This document shows, one piece after another, positions 9,086-23,469 of a stretch of 64,000 nt of DNA. Source of the DNA: an uncultured Gemmatimonadales bacterium (GTDB taxonomy: Bacteria > Gemmatimonadota > Gemmatimonadetes > Gemmatimonadales > Gemmatimonadaceae); assembly GCA_963850905.1 (NCBI GenBank), contig CAWKMU010000003.1:2624001-2688000 (forward strand). The letters run 5' to 3'. How positions within the stretch are numbered: the stretch's first letter is position 1; each line of letters begins with the position of its first letter. The notes beneath the pieces were generated by a model. The model was not told the DNA's origin, searched no databases, and was given only the letters and a program-made list of their open reading frames with translations. A program made the translations under genes and the position numbers.

Positions 9086-10378
9086 ATGAAGCGTCTGGAG
9101 CGCGGCGTCGCGGGCGAAGTGCGCGTCCCCGGGGACAAGTCCGTGTCTCACCGCGCCCTCATTTTTGCGTCCCTGGCGACGGGTGAGTCAAGGATCCGCG
9201 GCATCCTCGATTCGGCTGACGTCCGCTCGACGGCGTCCGTCTTGGGCACGCTCGGCGTCCGGCTCCCGACTGGCTTCCGGCGCACCGTTGGCAACGAGGA
9301 GCTCGTGGTCAGCGGGCGAGGCCTCCGCGGACTGCGCGCCCCGGCGCGCACGCTCGACTGCGGCAACAGCGGCACCACCGCGCGCCTCATGGCGGGCGTG
9401 TGCGCCGCTCACGCCTTCCGAAGTCGGTTTGAGGGCGATGCGAGTCTGAGCCAAAGGCCAATGGGCCGCATCGCCCGCCCGCTCGGTGCGATGGGCGCCC
9501 GCCTGTGCTTCGACGGCGCCGAGACGTTGCCGATGACGATCGATGGCGGGGCACTGCGCCCATTGACCTGGATCAACGAGACCGGCAGCGCGCAGGTAAA
9601 GAGCGCCATCTTGCTCGCCGCGACAGTCGCCGGAGTCCCCGTGACGGTGCGGGCCACGCGCCCGTCGCGCGACCACACGGAGCGCTTTCTGGAGGCGTTG
9701 GGCGCACGCATCGACCGCGAGTCCGACGCGGTGTCGCTCATCCCGCCGGATGCGCTGCGGCCATTCAGTCTGGATGTCCCGGGGGATCCTTCGTCGGCGG
9801 CATTCTTCGCCGCGCTCGCCGCACTCGCGCGCCGCGGCTCTCTCGATCTCCCGCATGTATTGGCGAGCCCGACCCGCGATGGATTCTTTCACGCACTCGC
9901 CGCCGCCGGTGCCGACATTCACTCGGAAGCGGAGGGCGAGACCGACGTCGGCGAGGCGACCGTCGCGTACACAGTGCGTCCCGGCGCCCTTCGCGGGATC
10001 GCGGTTGGCCCCGATGAGGTGCCGGGCATGATCGATGAGCTCCCGCTGCTCGCTTGCATCGGCGCGCGCGCGTCGGGCGATACAGTGATCACGGGAGCCG
10101 GCGAGTTGCGGGTGAAGGAGAGTGACCGGATCGCGGTGACGGTGGCCAACCTGCGCGCGATTGGGGTCGAGGCCCACGAGCTTCCCGACGGTCTGCGAGT
10201 CACGGGCAGCGAGCGCCCGCTCCGTGGGCGCGTCGAGACGCGCGGTGATCATCGAATTGCCATGGCCTTCGGGGTCCTGTCGACCCTGCCGGACAGCGAG
10301 ATCACGATCGATGATCCGCAGTGCGTCGAGGTGTCCTATCCGGGCTTCTGGCAGGACCTCGCCCGCGTCATCGCATGA
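9086..10378 (+). CDS. aroA: 3-phosphoshikimate 1-carboxyvinyltransferase
   Basis: PGDKSVSHRA, LDCGNSGTTARL, SAQVKSA, RDHTE, ELRVKESDRI, DHRIAM. Confidence 0.97.
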   Translation: MKRLERGVAGEVRVPGDKSVSHRALIFASLATGESRIRGILDSADVRSTASVLGTLGVRLPTGFRRTVGNEELVVSGRGLRGLRAPARTLDCGNSGTTARLMAGVCAAHAFRSRFEGDASLSQRPMGRIARPLGAMGARLCFDGAETLPMTIDGGALRPLTWINETGSAQVKSAILLAATVAGVPVTVRATRPSRDHTERFLEALGARIDRESDAVSLIPPDALRPFSLDVPGDPSSAAFFAALAALARRGSLDLPHVLASPTRDGFFHALAAAGADIHSEAEGETDVGEATVAYTVRPGALRGIAVGPDEVPGMIDELPLLACIGARASGDTVITGAGELRVKESDRIAVTVANLRAIGVEAHELPDGLRVTGSERPLRGRVETRGDHRIAMAFGVLSTLPDSEITIDDPQCVEVSYPGFWQDLARVIA

Positions 10379-11094
10379 GCGCGACCCGTCCCGTCCCGCC
10401 GCAGGGCGCAGCCTCACCCGCGCGTCGCCGACCCGTGGTCGTCGCCATCGATGGCCCGGCGGCGTCCGGAAAATCATCGACCGCGCTGTGCGTGGCCGAG
10501 CGCGTTGGGTTGCTCCACGTCGACTCCGGCGCGCTCTACCGCGCTGCGACGGCGGCCCAATTGCGCCTGAGCACGGACGTATCACAGTGGACGGAAGCGT
10601 CCGTCCTCGCCGCCGCGAAGATGGTGTCAGTCGTCGCACGAGCGACGACGTTTGTGCCGGTCCTCGCGGGCCGGGAGGCGGAGGACGAGATCCGGGGCGC
10701 CGACGTCACCCGGTCCGTCTCTCGTGTCGCGCAGATGCCGGCGGTCCGCCGATGGGTCGACGAGACCGTTCGGACGTTGGCGACGGATCACGACCTGGTG
10801 GTGGACGGCCGCGACATCGGTACCGTCGTGTTTCCCGACGCGATGCTCAAGGTGTTCCTCGTGGCGGATCCCTGGGAGCGCGCCCGACGGCGCCTGACCG
10901 AGCGGCTCGCCCGCGCACCCTCCGACGCCGAGATCGCGGAGGAAACAGACCGACTCGTGCACCGCGATGCACAGGACGCGACGCAGACGACGCAGGCGCG
11001 CGATGCGATTCTGATCGACACGACGTCGCTCACGCAGGAAGAGCAGGTGAGTCGGATCGTCGCACTGCTCGAGGCGGCGGTGGCGAGGGCCTGA
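10375..11094 (+). CDS. cmk: Cytidylate kinase
   Basis: AIDGPAASGKSS, DSGALYR, DGRDIGTVVFPDA; ATGA overlap with aroA. Confidence 0.96.
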   Translation: MSATRPVPPQGAASPARRRPVVVAIDGPAASGKSSTALCVAERVGLLHVDSGALYRAATAAQLRLSTDVSQWTEASVLAAAKMVSVVARATTFVPVLAGREAEDEIRGADVTRSVSRVAQMPAVRRWVDETVRTLATDHDLVVDGRDIGTVVFPDAMLKVFLVADPWERARRRLTERLARAPSDAEIAEETDRLVHRDAQDATQTTQARDAILIDTTSLTQEEQVSRIVALLEAAVARA

Positions 11095-11139
11095 TCCCGG
11101 CCCTTGGTCCCCTAACCCCTACTCGCTCCGCACTTTACC

Positions 11140-11168
11140 TTGACTGCCAGCACCGACCCCGCTAGTTT
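11140..11168 (+). promoter_or_regulatory. Sigma70-type promoter of rpsA
   Basis: TTGACT-N17-TAGTTT. Confidence 0.7.
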
Positions 11169-11329
11169 AGCTGGTTCCCGATACATCTTTTTTCCGCGGG
11201 ACGGCGAGCATCGCCGGCTCGCGGACGGAATCGAGAGGGCCGCCGTCGTGCGGCCCTGTGTGATTCCGCACCCCTACCTTGGCGCGGCAAGCGATCAATC
11301 CGCGAGTGTGAGGAGATTTGGTCACCGAT

Positions 11330-13130
11330 ATGACTGAGCTCGAACCTTCTGCCTCTGTCGCCAGCGCCGCCGAACGGCGTGCACTGCCGGAGGTCGTGCT
11401 GACTCCACGAGAAAAGCGCGACATCCAGAAGGCACAGCTTCGCCCCCTCGCGAATCGCCGGCCCGAGTTGTACGACGAGGGCGACCTGCCGGACGAGCTC
11501 GAGTTCGAGCAGATGAGCGAGTTGTACCAGGGCACGATGGCGTCGATCGAGGAAGGCGAGATCGTCAAGGCCACGGTCCAGGGCATTCGCGACAACATGG
11601 TCGTGCTCGACATCGGCTTCAAATCCGAAGGGACCGTCCCGCTCGAGGAGTTCAAGGACCTCCCGGAGCTCAAGGCGGGCGACCAGGTCGAGGTCCTGCT
11701 CGAGCACCTCGAGGACCAGGAAGGGTCGGTCGTCCTCTCGAAGAAGAAAGCGGACTTCATGCGCGTGTGGGAGCGCATCCGCGTCGCCTACGAGACCGAC
11801 CAGCCGGTCGAAGGCACGCTGGTCAAGAAGATCAAGGGCGGCGTGGTCGTCGACCTCATGGGCGTCGACGCGTTCCTCCCCGGTTCGCAGATCGCGCTGC
11901 GCCGCGTTCCCAACATCGACGAGCTGCTGGGGCAGAAGTACGAGTTCAAGATCATCAAGCTCAACAAGCGCCGCCGCAACATCGTCGTCTCGCGCCGCGT
12001 GATCCTCGAGGCCGAGCGCGCGGGCAAGCGCGAGAAGCTGATGAAGGAGCTCCAGAAGGATCAGGTGCGGAAGGGCGTGGTCAAGAACATCACCGACTTC
12101 GGCGCGTTCATCGATCTCGGCGGCGTCGACGGGCTGCTGCACATCACGGACATGTCGTGGGGGCGGATCTCGCATCCGTCGGAGCTGGTGCACATCGGCC
12201 AGGAGCTCGAGGTCAAGGTTCTCGACATCGATTGGGAGCGCGAGCGCATCAGCTTGGGCCTCAAGCAGCTCCAGAGCTATCCGTGGAAGGACGTCGCGGC
12301 GAAGTATCCGGTCGGCACGCGCGTCCACGGCAAGGTGGTGTCGATCACGAACTACGGCGCGTTCATCGAGCTGGAGCCGGGCATCGAAGGCCTCGTGCAC
12401 ATCAGCGAGATGAGCTGGACGCGCAACGTCCGGCACCCGTCCAAGCTCGTATCGATCGGCGAGGCGATCGAAGCGGTCGTGCTCAAGGTCGATCCGAACG
12501 AGGAGAAGATCTCGCTCGGCATGAAGCAGACCGAGCAGGATCCCTGGGTCGTGCTGCCGCTCAAGTACCCTGTCGGCACGCGGATCACCGGCAAGGTGCG
12601 CAACCTCACGAGCTTCGGTGCGTTCGTCGAGATCGAGCCGGGGATCGATGGGCTGATCCACATCTCGGACATGTCCTGGACGAAGCGCGTGCAGCACCCG
12701 TCGGAAGTGGTCAAGAAGGGCGACACCGTCGACGTCGTGATCCTCAACATCGATTCCGACAACAAGCGGATCAGCCTCGGACTCAAGCAGGCCGAGGAGG
12801 ATCCGTGGCTCCGGATCGGCGAGACGTACCCGGTCGGCACCGAGCTGCGCGGCAAGGTCGTGCGGCTCATGGACAAGGGCGTCGTCGTCGACATCGGCAA
12901 CGACATCGAAGGGCTTCGTCCCGGTGAGCCAGTTGAACAACGGCAAGCCGGTGGCCAGCCCCGCGGACATCGTGTACGAGGGGATGAACCTCGACCTGCG
13001 GGTCCTGGAGGTGGATCCGATCCACCGCCGGATCGTGCTGGCGGTCACCGACATTCCAGCCGAGCAGCCGCCGCGACCGGAAACGCCATCGCAGGTGCTG
13101 CCCAATGGAGCCGCGAGCACGACGATATAG
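11330..13130 (+). CDS. rpsA: 30S ribosomal protein S1; frameshift ~12912
   Basis: Tandem S1 repeats (DIGFKSEG, AFLPGSQI, DGLLHITDMSWGR, EGLVHISEMSW); last repeat finishes in the 12924..13130 frame. Confidence 0.96.
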
Positions 13131-13170
13131 GTATGGTGGAGATAGAGCAGCCGGGGTCGGCGGCTCTCCT

Positions 13171-14722
<1,552 letters not shown>

Positions 14723-14724
14723 CC

Positions 14725-16274
<1,550 letters not shown>

Positions 16275-16278
<4 letters not shown>

Positions 16279-17636
16279 GGCGACACGGTCCGCAGGCGCG
16301 GCGACGAACAGCACCAGGGTGCCCCCGACTCGGGACCCAGGGACTGGCGGGCGCGCAGGAGGTTGACATCGACATCACGTCGATCGCCGCCGGGGGAGAT
16401 GGTGTCGGCCGCGCCAATGGCGTCGTGGTGTTCACGCCACGGACGGCGCCAGGCGATCGCGCGCGTGTACGCGCGGCCCCTGCGCGCGGCGGCCGGCTGG
16501 CGCGAGGCACGTTGCTCGCGCTGATCCGCTCCGCGGCGGTCCGGGTCGAGCCGCTGTGCGCGCACTTTACGCATGACCGGTGCGGCGGGTGCCAACTCCA
16601 GCATCTCCAGTACGGCGCGCAGCTGGAGGCCAAGGGAGGGATCGTGCGCGACGCGTTGACGCGGATCGCCCGCCGGCCCGTGACCACGGTCAATGTGCGA
16701 CCGAGCGCCAACGAGTGGCGCTACCGCCGCAAGCTCACGCTCGCGTTGCGGCGATCTGAGTCAGGTCGGTGGATTGCCGGCCTGCACCGATTCGACGCAC
16801 CGGACGAGATCTTCGATCTCGAGGATTGCCCGATTACGGAGAAGGGGGTCGTCGAGGTCTGGCGTTCCGTGATGCGGGCAGCCGCATTCCTCCCCGACGC
16901 GGCCGATCGTGGGTCGGTCCGAACGACGGACACCGGCTTCGCCTTCGTGCTCGAAGGGGGCCACCGTTGGCCGCAAGCGGCGGAGTTCGCAGCGATGGTG
17001 CCCGCGCTGACCGAGATCTGGTGGACCCCACCTGGTGGACATCGTCGCCGCCTGACCGATCACGCGACGGTGCCCCGATCGGAGCATCGCGACCCGTCGT
17101 CTGTGCAGCGGACCGGCGCATCGTTCGTGCAAGTCAATGCCGAGATGTCCACGTCGCTCCAGGCCGCGGTCGTAGCCCGGGTGCTTGCACATCGGCCGAC
17201 CACGGCGATCGATGCGTACGCCGGGACGGGAGCCACCGCGCTCGCGCTGACTCGACACGGCGTGCGCGTGACTGCGATCGAATCCGACACGGACGCGGCG
17301 AGGTATTGCGCGTCGCTGATGCCGGCCGGCTCGCGAGCGCTCACGGCCTCCGTCGAGGACGTGCTCGCCGCACAGTTGCCAGCAGATGTGCTGGTGCTGA
17401 ACCCCCCGCGTCAGGGCGTTGCACCGGCGGTGACGTCGCTCCTGGCAGGCGCGCCGCCGAGCGTGAGACCGCGCGCCATCATATATGTGAGTTGCGACCC
17501 GGCGACGTTGGCCCGCGATGTGGCTCGCCTGGCCGAGTGGCGGATCGCATCGCTGGACGCATTCGACATGTTTCCACAGACCGCGCACGTGGAGACGATC
17601 TGCGAGCTCGTGCCGGCACTGGGGGCATCCGCATGA
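16275..17636 (+). CDS. RlmD/TrmA-family RNA m5U methyltransferase with TRAM domain
   Basis: CAHF...CGGCQLQH, SFVQVN, DAYAGTG, NPPRQG, YVSCDPATLARD, DMFPQTAHVE. Confidence 0.92.
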
Positions 17637-18220
17637 GCGCGCAGCCTGGTGGCGCGAACGCGGCGCAGCCGCGAAGCCAGCGTCGTCGCACGCCGCAAAG
17701 TGGTGTGCAGTCGACCGCGACTTACACCGTCGAGGTGGGCGGCGTTTCGGTCGCCGTGACCCTGACGGGTGCGGGCGTCCTGCTGGACGGAAGAGAAGTC
17801 CCGGCGGAGGTGCTCGACGTCCCGGACTCGCCGATTCGCCTCCTCCGATTGGGGAATGCGGTCCATGAGTTGGTGCCTCGCCCGGCCGAGCACCGCGGCG
17901 GGTACGTCATCTCCCTCGGAGACCAGCGCGTCGACGTGGAGGCGCTGGATGAGCGCTCTCGCGCGGTCCGCTCGCTGCGCGCCGCCACCACCGCGCGGGT
18001 CGGCGTCGACCCCGTGCGCGCGCCGATGCCAGGTTTGGTCACGCGAGTCCTCGTCGTGCCCGGCGAGGAGGTCAAAGCGGGCGCCCGGCTCATCGTCATG
18101 GAAGCGATGAAAATGGAGAATGAGCTCCGCGCCAAAGCCGACGGTCGCGTGAAGGCGGTTCCCGTCCAGCCCGGTACGGCAGTGGAGAAAGGGACGTTGT
18201 TGGTTGAGTGGGAGGGGTAG
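17633..18220 (+). CDS. Biotin carboxyl carrier protein
   Basis: RAPMPGLV and EAMKMENEL biotinylation motif; ATGA overlap with the upstream gene. Confidence 0.92.
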   Translation: MSAQPGGANAAQPRSQRRRTPQSGVQSTATYTVEVGGVSVAVTLTGAGVLLDGREVPAEVLDVPDSPIRLLRLGNAVHELVPRPAEHRGGYVISLGDQRVDVEALDERSRAVRSLRAATTARVGVDPVRAPMPGLVTRVLVVPGEEVKAGARLIVMEAMKMENELRAKADGRVKAVPVQPGTAVEKGTLLVEWEG

Positions 18221-18256
18221 GGCATCGAGGTCAGGGGCTCACGCGGTGCTTGCGAT

Positions 18257-18299
18257 CCGGCGGGTAGGGGCGACGCAATGCGTCGCCCCTACCCGCCGG
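18257..18299. repeat. GTAG-family REP as a perfect extended palindrome
   Basis: ccggcggGTAGGGGCGACGC-aat-GCGTCGCCCCTACccgccgg (20-bp stem). Confidence 0.85.
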
Positions 18300-18341
18300 T
18301 CCTCGTGCATCGTGACCGTTCTCCGGCGCCCGCCGCTCGCA

Positions 18342-18370
18342 TTGACTGTCCCTAACTCATTGGCTAGCTT
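18342..18370 (+). promoter_or_regulatory. Sigma70-type promoter of rplM-rpsI
   Basis: TTGACT-N17-TAGCTT. Confidence 0.75.
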
Positions 18371-18412
18371 ACGAATCTGTCACTAAACACGTCACGATTT
18401 TAATTCCTAGTC

Positions 18413-18904
18413 ATGCGCACATTTTCCGCCAAGACGGCGGATGTTGAACACCAGTGGTTTGTCGTCGATGCTGACGGACTCGTGCTCGGGCGCCTCGCGT
18501 CCGAAGTCGCGCGCGTCATTCGCGGCAAGCACAAGCCGACGTTTACACCCCACATCGACACGGGGGATAACGTCATCGTGATCAACGCCGCCAAGGTGAA
18601 GCTCACCGGACGCAAGATGGAGCAGAAGCGGTATTTCCGGCACACAGGATACATGGGTCACGAGCGGTTCACACCCGTCGAGACCGTGCTCGCCAAACAC
18701 CCGGAGCGTGTCGTCGAGCGCGCCGTCTATGGCATGCTGCCCAAGACGGCCCTCGGGCGGCAGGTTCTGCGGCGCAAGCTTCGCGTCTTCGCCGGTCCGG
18801 CGCACCCGCACGTCGCACAACGTCCCACGCCGCTCGTCGTCGCCGGGACGGCAGGCGCAAGTCGCGTGAACGCCGAGCACGCTGGAGGCGCCGGTGAGCG
18901 TTGA
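18413..18904 (+). CDS. rplM: 50S ribosomal protein L13
   Basis: WFVVDADGLVLGRLAS, GKHKPTFTPHIDTGD, GMLPK, HPHVAQ. Confidence 0.97.
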   Translation: MRTFSAKTADVEHQWFVVDADGLVLGRLASEVARVIRGKHKPTFTPHIDTGDNVIVINAAKVKLTGRKMEQKRYFRHTGYMGHERFTPVETVLAKHPERVVERAVYGMLPKTALGRQVLRRKLRVFAGPAHPHVAQRPTPLVVAGTAGASRVNAEHAGGAGER

Positions 18905-19292
18905 TCCGCTGACCAAGCACACCATCGGACGCCGCAAGGAAGCGGTCTGCCGGTTGTATCTGAGCCCGGGGTCAGGCAAGTGGTACGTCAACGGGCGGAC
19001 GCTCGGCGACTACTTCCCCCGACCCGCGCTGGTGTCCGCGATCCAGCAGCCGTTCACGGCGACAGACACGCTCGGCCGGTTCGATGTGCGAGCGCGTGTC
19101 GAAGGCGGCGGCCTGTCGGGACAGGCAGGTGCGCTGCGCTTGGCGGTCGCGCGCGCCCTGGTGCAAGTCGACGAGTTGCACCGTCGGAAACTCCGCGATC
19201 TCGGACTCCTGACACGCGACGCGCGCGCGGTCGAGCGCAAGAAGCCTGGTCGGCCGAAAGCGCGCAAGCGATTCCAGTTCAGCAAGCGGTAG
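18894..19292 (+). CDS. rpsI: 30S ribosomal protein S9
   Basis: GRRKEAV, GGGLSGQAGA, ERKKPGRPKARKRFQFSKR. Confidence 0.97.
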   Translation: MSVDPLTKHTIGRRKEAVCRLYLSPGSGKWYVNGRTLGDYFPRPALVSAIQQPFTATDTLGRFDVRARVEGGGLSGQAGALRLAVARALVQVDELHRRKLRDLGLLTRDARAVERKKPGRPKARKRFQFSKR

Positions 19293-19389
19293 AGAGCATG
19301 CCGGTCGGACCGCGCAGCCGCGAAGCGGCATGGGCAGGGTCGGTCCGACGAGCATGCGGCAAGGCAAGTGTATGGCAACTCCAATATCT

Positions 19390-19479
19390 CGCACGCGTCT
19401 CGAGTGGCGGCGGGTGCCGGCGTAGCACGAGGTGGCTCGCCGGTCGCACGCCACGATGACGGGCGCGGACGTCTAACCC
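19390..19479 (+). ncRNA. rpsB 5' leader (S2-binding, t44-like)
   Basis: CGCACGCGTC...GCGGGTGCC...GGTCGC...GCGCGGACGTCTAACCC matches the t44/rpsB leader layout, directly before rpsB. Confidence 0.6.
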
Positions 19480-19501
19480 GCACGAGGTCACGCTTCGACA
19501 C

Positions 19502-20395
19502 ATGGGTCCAAGTCTCGACGATCTGCTGAAAGCCGGTGTCCATTTCGGGCACCAGACGCGCCGGTGGAATCCGAAAATGCGGCGGTTCATCTTCGCCGAG
19601 CGCAACGGCATTCACATCATCGATCTGCAGAAGACGCTGCGGCAGATCGACCTGGCGCAGAAGCTCGCGCGCGAGGTCGTGCTACGCGGCGACAACGTGT
19701 TGTTCGTCTGCACCAAGCGGCAGCTCAGCACCATCGTGCAGGAAGAGGCCAAGCATGCCAGCGCCCTGTACGTGACCGAGCGCTGGTTGGGCGGGCTCCT
19801 CACCAACTTCCAGACAGTCAAGAAGCAGATCCGGCGGCTCAAGGACCTCGAGGCGGGTACCGAGACGGGCGGCGAGTTCGAGAACTACACCAAGAAGGAA
19901 CAGCTGCTGATGACCCGGCAGCGCGACAAGCTGTCTCGCAACCTGGCGGGCATCAAGAACATGACCAGGCTTCCGGGCCTCATGTTCGTGATCGACTCCA
20001 AGAAGGAGCGGATCGCGGTCAATGAGGCCAACAAACTGGGCATTCCCATCGTCGCGATTGTCGACACCAACGCGGATCCGGACCTCATCACGGTCCCCGT
20101 AGCTGGCAACGACGATGCGATCCGGTCCGTGGAGCTCATCACGCACGCGGTAGCCGAGGCGATTGTCGAGGCGCGTCGCGAAGCGCCGGTCCGGCAAGAG
20201 GTCGAGGAGGGTGAGAGCAGTACGTATAGCTCGGACCGCGGGATGGAGATGGCGGGCGGCGAGGAAGAGCGGCGCAGGAAGCGGCGGCCGCGCCGGCGGC
20301 GGGCGAAGCCGGAGGCGATTGCCGCACGACTCAAAAGTGGCGGTGAACCCGGGGGGGCGGCGGACGACGCCGGAGTGGAGGAGGCAGACGCGTAG
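19502..20395 (+). CDS. rpsB: 30S ribosomal protein S2
   Basis: AGVHFGHQTRRWNPKM, RWLGGLLTN, GNDDAIRS. Confidence 0.97.
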   Translation: MGPSLDDLLKAGVHFGHQTRRWNPKMRRFIFAERNGIHIIDLQKTLRQIDLAQKLAREVVLRGDNVLFVCTKRQLSTIVQEEAKHASALYVTERWLGGLLTNFQTVKKQIRRLKDLEAGTETGGEFENYTKKEQLLMTRQRDKLSRNLAGIKNMTRLPGLMFVIDSKKERIAVNEANKLGIPIVAIVDTNADPDLITVPVAGNDDAIRSVELITHAVAEAIVEARREAPVRQEVEEGESSTYSSDRGMEMAGGEEERRRKRRPRRRRAKPEAIAARLKSGGEPGGAADDAGVEEADA

Positions 20396-20447
20396 GACGC
20401 GCCGGCCCCAGAATGGTCCCGGTTCACATAGATTACAGGCTGACCCA

Positions 20448-20476
20448 CGCCGCCGGAGGTTTCCCCGGCGGCGTTT
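20448..20476 (+). terminator. Stem-loop between rpsB and tsf
   Basis: ACGCCGCCGG...CCGGCGGCGT followed by a short T tract. Confidence 0.45.
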
Positions 20477-20560
20477 CCACACGACGACTGCGCTGGATGC
20501 GCGGTAGCCCTCGCGACCAACTCGGGCCGCCAACAGGCCCGGAGCATAGGTGACGGACAT

Positions 20561-21169
20561 ATGACAACGACCAAGACGGTATCCCCCAAGGACGTGCAGG
20601 ATCTTCGCCAACGGACCGGCGCGGGCATCATGGAGTGCAAGCGCGCGCTCGAGGAATCGAATGGCGATATGGACCGCGCCGTCGACATCCTGCGGAAGAA
20701 AGGAGCGGCCAAGGCGGAAAAGCGCGTTGGGAAGGAAGCCCGTGAGGGGCTGGTGGGTACCTACATCCATCACGACGGCAAGCTCGGTGTCCTCGTCGAG
20801 GTCGATTGCGAGACCGACTTCGTCGCCCGCAACCCGGAGTTTCAGCAACTCGTTCGGCACATCGCCGAGCACATCGCCGCAGCCGCGCCCGCGGCCGTGG
20901 ACAAGGATGCGGTCCCGGCCGACCGCGTCGAGCGGGAGCGCCGGCTCTTCGAGGAACAGGTGCGGGAGAGCGGCAAACCCGCCCACCTGATCGACCGCAT
21001 CGTGACCGGCAAGATCGAGGCGTTCTACAAGGACGTCGCGCTGCTGCACCAGGCCTGGGTGCGCGACGACAAGCAGACGATTGGTGATCTCATCACCGCC
21101 TTCTCCGCCAAGGTCGGCGAGCGGATCGTCGTGCGGCGCTTCACTCGCTTCAAGGTGGGGGAGGAGTAG
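20561..21169 (+). CDS. tsf: Elongation factor Ts (short form)
   Basis: LRQRTGAGIMECKRAL, EVDCETDFVA, VRRFTRFKVGE. Confidence 0.96.
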   Translation: MTTTKTVSPKDVQDLRQRTGAGIMECKRALEESNGDMDRAVDILRKKGAAKAEKRVGKEAREGLVGTYIHHDGKLGVLVEVDCETDFVARNPEFQQLVRHIAEHIAAAAPAAVDKDAVPADRVERERRLFEEQVRESGKPAHLIDRIVTGKIEAFYKDVALLHQAWVRDDKQTIGDLITAFSAKVGERIVVRRFTRFKVGEE

Positions 21170-21322
21170 CAACGGGTGCCCGACGCCGCCTCCGATGCCA
21201 CGAGGCGCTCCGTGCCTGACGCTGGCGCGGCCGCCGGCGCAGACATGGTGCGACAGCTGGCGGCGAGAGCCGCGTCGTCAGGTCCTGAGGACGTGGGGGT
21301 CGCTGCCACTGCCGGAGCGGGA

Positions 21323-22037
21323 GTGACGCCGCTCGCGTATCAGCGCGTCCTCGTGAAGCTCTCCGGCGAAGCGCTCGCCGGCGAATCGCGGCTTCGGGTT
21401 CGACTTCGAGGTCATCGAGCGCTTTGCCGACGAGATCAAGGACGCTGTTGACATGGGGGCCGAGGTCGGTCTCGTCATCGGCGGCGGCAACATCGTGCGC
21501 GGGTCGCAGCTCGGGCAGAAGGGCATGGACCGCGTCACCGCGGACTACATGGGGATGCTGGGCACCGTCATCAACGCCCTCGCACTCCAGGACATCCTCG
21601 AGCGACGCAGGATGGATACGCGGGTCATGACCGCGATTCGCATGGAGGAGCTCGCGGAGCCGTACATCCGACGGCGCGCGCTCCGCCACTTCGAGAAGAA
21701 GCGCACCGTGATCTTTGCTGCGGGGACGGGCAATCCCTACTTTACGACGGATACGGCGGCCGTGCTCCGAGCCATTCAGATGAAGGCAGACGTCATCATC
21801 AAGGCGACGAGCGTGGATGGCATCTATTCGGCCGATCCGAAGAAAGACCCAGGGGCCACACGATACGAAGATTTGAGCTATCGGGATGTCATGCGCGACG
21901 AGCTTCGAGTGATGGATCAGACGGCGATCGCGTTGTGCAGGGAAAACGAATTGCCCTTGATCGTGCTCAATATTCACACGCCGCGCGCCGTCTCCCGTGC
22001 CATTCTGGGCGAGCGCATCGGTACGCTCGTGCGCTGA
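21323..22037 (+). CDS. pyrH: UMP kinase; frameshift ~21387
   Basis: YQRVLVKLSGEAL, then VIGGGNIVRG, ADYMGMLGT, GTGNPYFTTDTAA. Confidence 0.95.
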
Positions 22038-22116
22038 CGCGACGACGCGCGCAGCGGTTGGCGCCGCGCTGGCGCGCCGGTCGGCAGCTCGCGACGACAC
22101 TACATCGGAGTGCTGC

Positions 22117-22687
22117 ATGAGTCCAGCCGTGACAGTGAACATCCCCCAGATCGTCAAGGAGTGTCGGACGGCGATGGAGAAGGCCCTCGAGGGCGCACGC
22201 CGTGAGCTGTCGTCCATCCGCTCCGGGAAGGCGTCACCCGCGATGCTCGACACCGTGCGCGTCGACGCGTACGGCCAATCCATGCCGCTCAACCAGGTCG
22301 CTTCGGTCGCCGCACCAGAGCCACGCCTCCTGATCGTCACGCCGTGGGACAAGGCCCAGTCCAAAGCGATCGAGAAAGCGATTCGCGAGTCCGATCTCGG
22401 CCTCGACCCCGCGGTGCAAGGCGGCGATCATTCGTGTGCCGCTCCCGTCGCTCAATGAGCAGCGGCGGAAAGATCTCGTGAAGGTCGTTCACAAGTTGGC
22501 CGAGGAAGGCCGCATCGCGATCCGCCATGCGCGGACGGACGCTCGTGATCGGCTGAAAAAGCTCGACAAGGTTTCCGAGGACGATGTCAAGCACGGCGAG
22601 AAGGAGCTACAGAAGCTCCACGACGACTTCATCGCCAAGGTCGACGACGCCCTCAAGCACAAAGAAGCCGAGATCATGGAAGTGTGA
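22117..22687 (+). CDS. frr: Ribosome recycling factor; frameshift ~22425
   Basis: [19 protein letters not shown], then [13 protein letters not shown]...KEAEIMEV. Confidence 0.95.
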
Positions 22688-22689
22688 CG

Positions 22690-23450
22690 ATGGACGCTGT
22701 GCCGGCTTCGGCCGAGGAGCTGCTGGACCGGATCCGGATCCAGGGCGGGCTGCCGCGTCACGTGGCGATCATCATGGATGGCAACGGTCGCTGGGCCCAG
22801 GAACGGCTCATGCCTCGCCCATACGGCCATCGCTCTGGCATGAAGGCCGTCCGTGAGGTCGTCGAGGGCGCGGTCGAATCAGGGCTGTCAGTGCTATCGC
22901 TGTTCGCGTTCTCCCAGGAAAACTGGCAGCGCCCGCGCATCGAGATCCGTGCGCTGATGTCGCTGCTCGAGGAGTACATCGCCCGCGAAGTCGAACGAGC
23001 TGCGCGATCGCGGTGTGCAGGTCCGTGTGCTCGGCGAATTGGATCGCCTGACGCCTGCGGCGGCGAGTGCCGTCGAGCGCGTGGTTGCGGAGACAGAGCA
23101 CAACGAGCGCCTCCGGTTGAACCTGTTCATCTCCGTACGGCGGCCGCGCTGAGCTCGTACGAGCTGCGCGGTTGCTCGCAACTGAGGTCCAGAGTGGCGC
23201 ACTCGCGCCGGACCAGATCTCCGAAGCCGAGTTTCAGGGCAAGCTCTACACGGCCGACTGTCCGGATCCCGATCTGCTCATCCGAACGTCCGGCGAGCAG
23301 CGCATCTCGAACTTCCTGCTCTGGCAGATGGCCTACACGGAGTTGTTCATTTCGCCCGTGTTGTGGCCGGACTTCGGGCGCCGCGAGCTTTTCGAGGCGA
23401 TCATCGACTACCAAAACCGAGAGCGCCGCTTCGGCCGCGTCCTCGCCTAG
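22690..23450 (+). CDS. uppS: Undecaprenyl diphosphate synthase; frameshifts ~22997 and ~23135
   Basis: [48 protein letters not shown]. Confidence 0.95.
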
Positions 23451-23469
23451 ACCACACACTACGCCTTCG

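Noticed and set aside
11162..13120. Long antisense ORFs (also 19682-21172, 28985-30646, 30833-32392, 57000-58907, and 27837-29357 on +)
   Set aside because: Shadow ORFs opposite well-supported genes, expected with high GC3; no motifs.
16769..17632. Long N-terminal extension on the biotin carrier protein
   Set aside because: Overlaps the RlmD-like gene out of frame; the real start is ATG 17633 in an ATGA overlap.
21176..21322. Separate small ORF or leader peptide between tsf and pyrH
   Set aside because: It is the in-frame upstream extension of pyrH; GTG 21323 with an upstream GGAG fits the conserved N-terminus.
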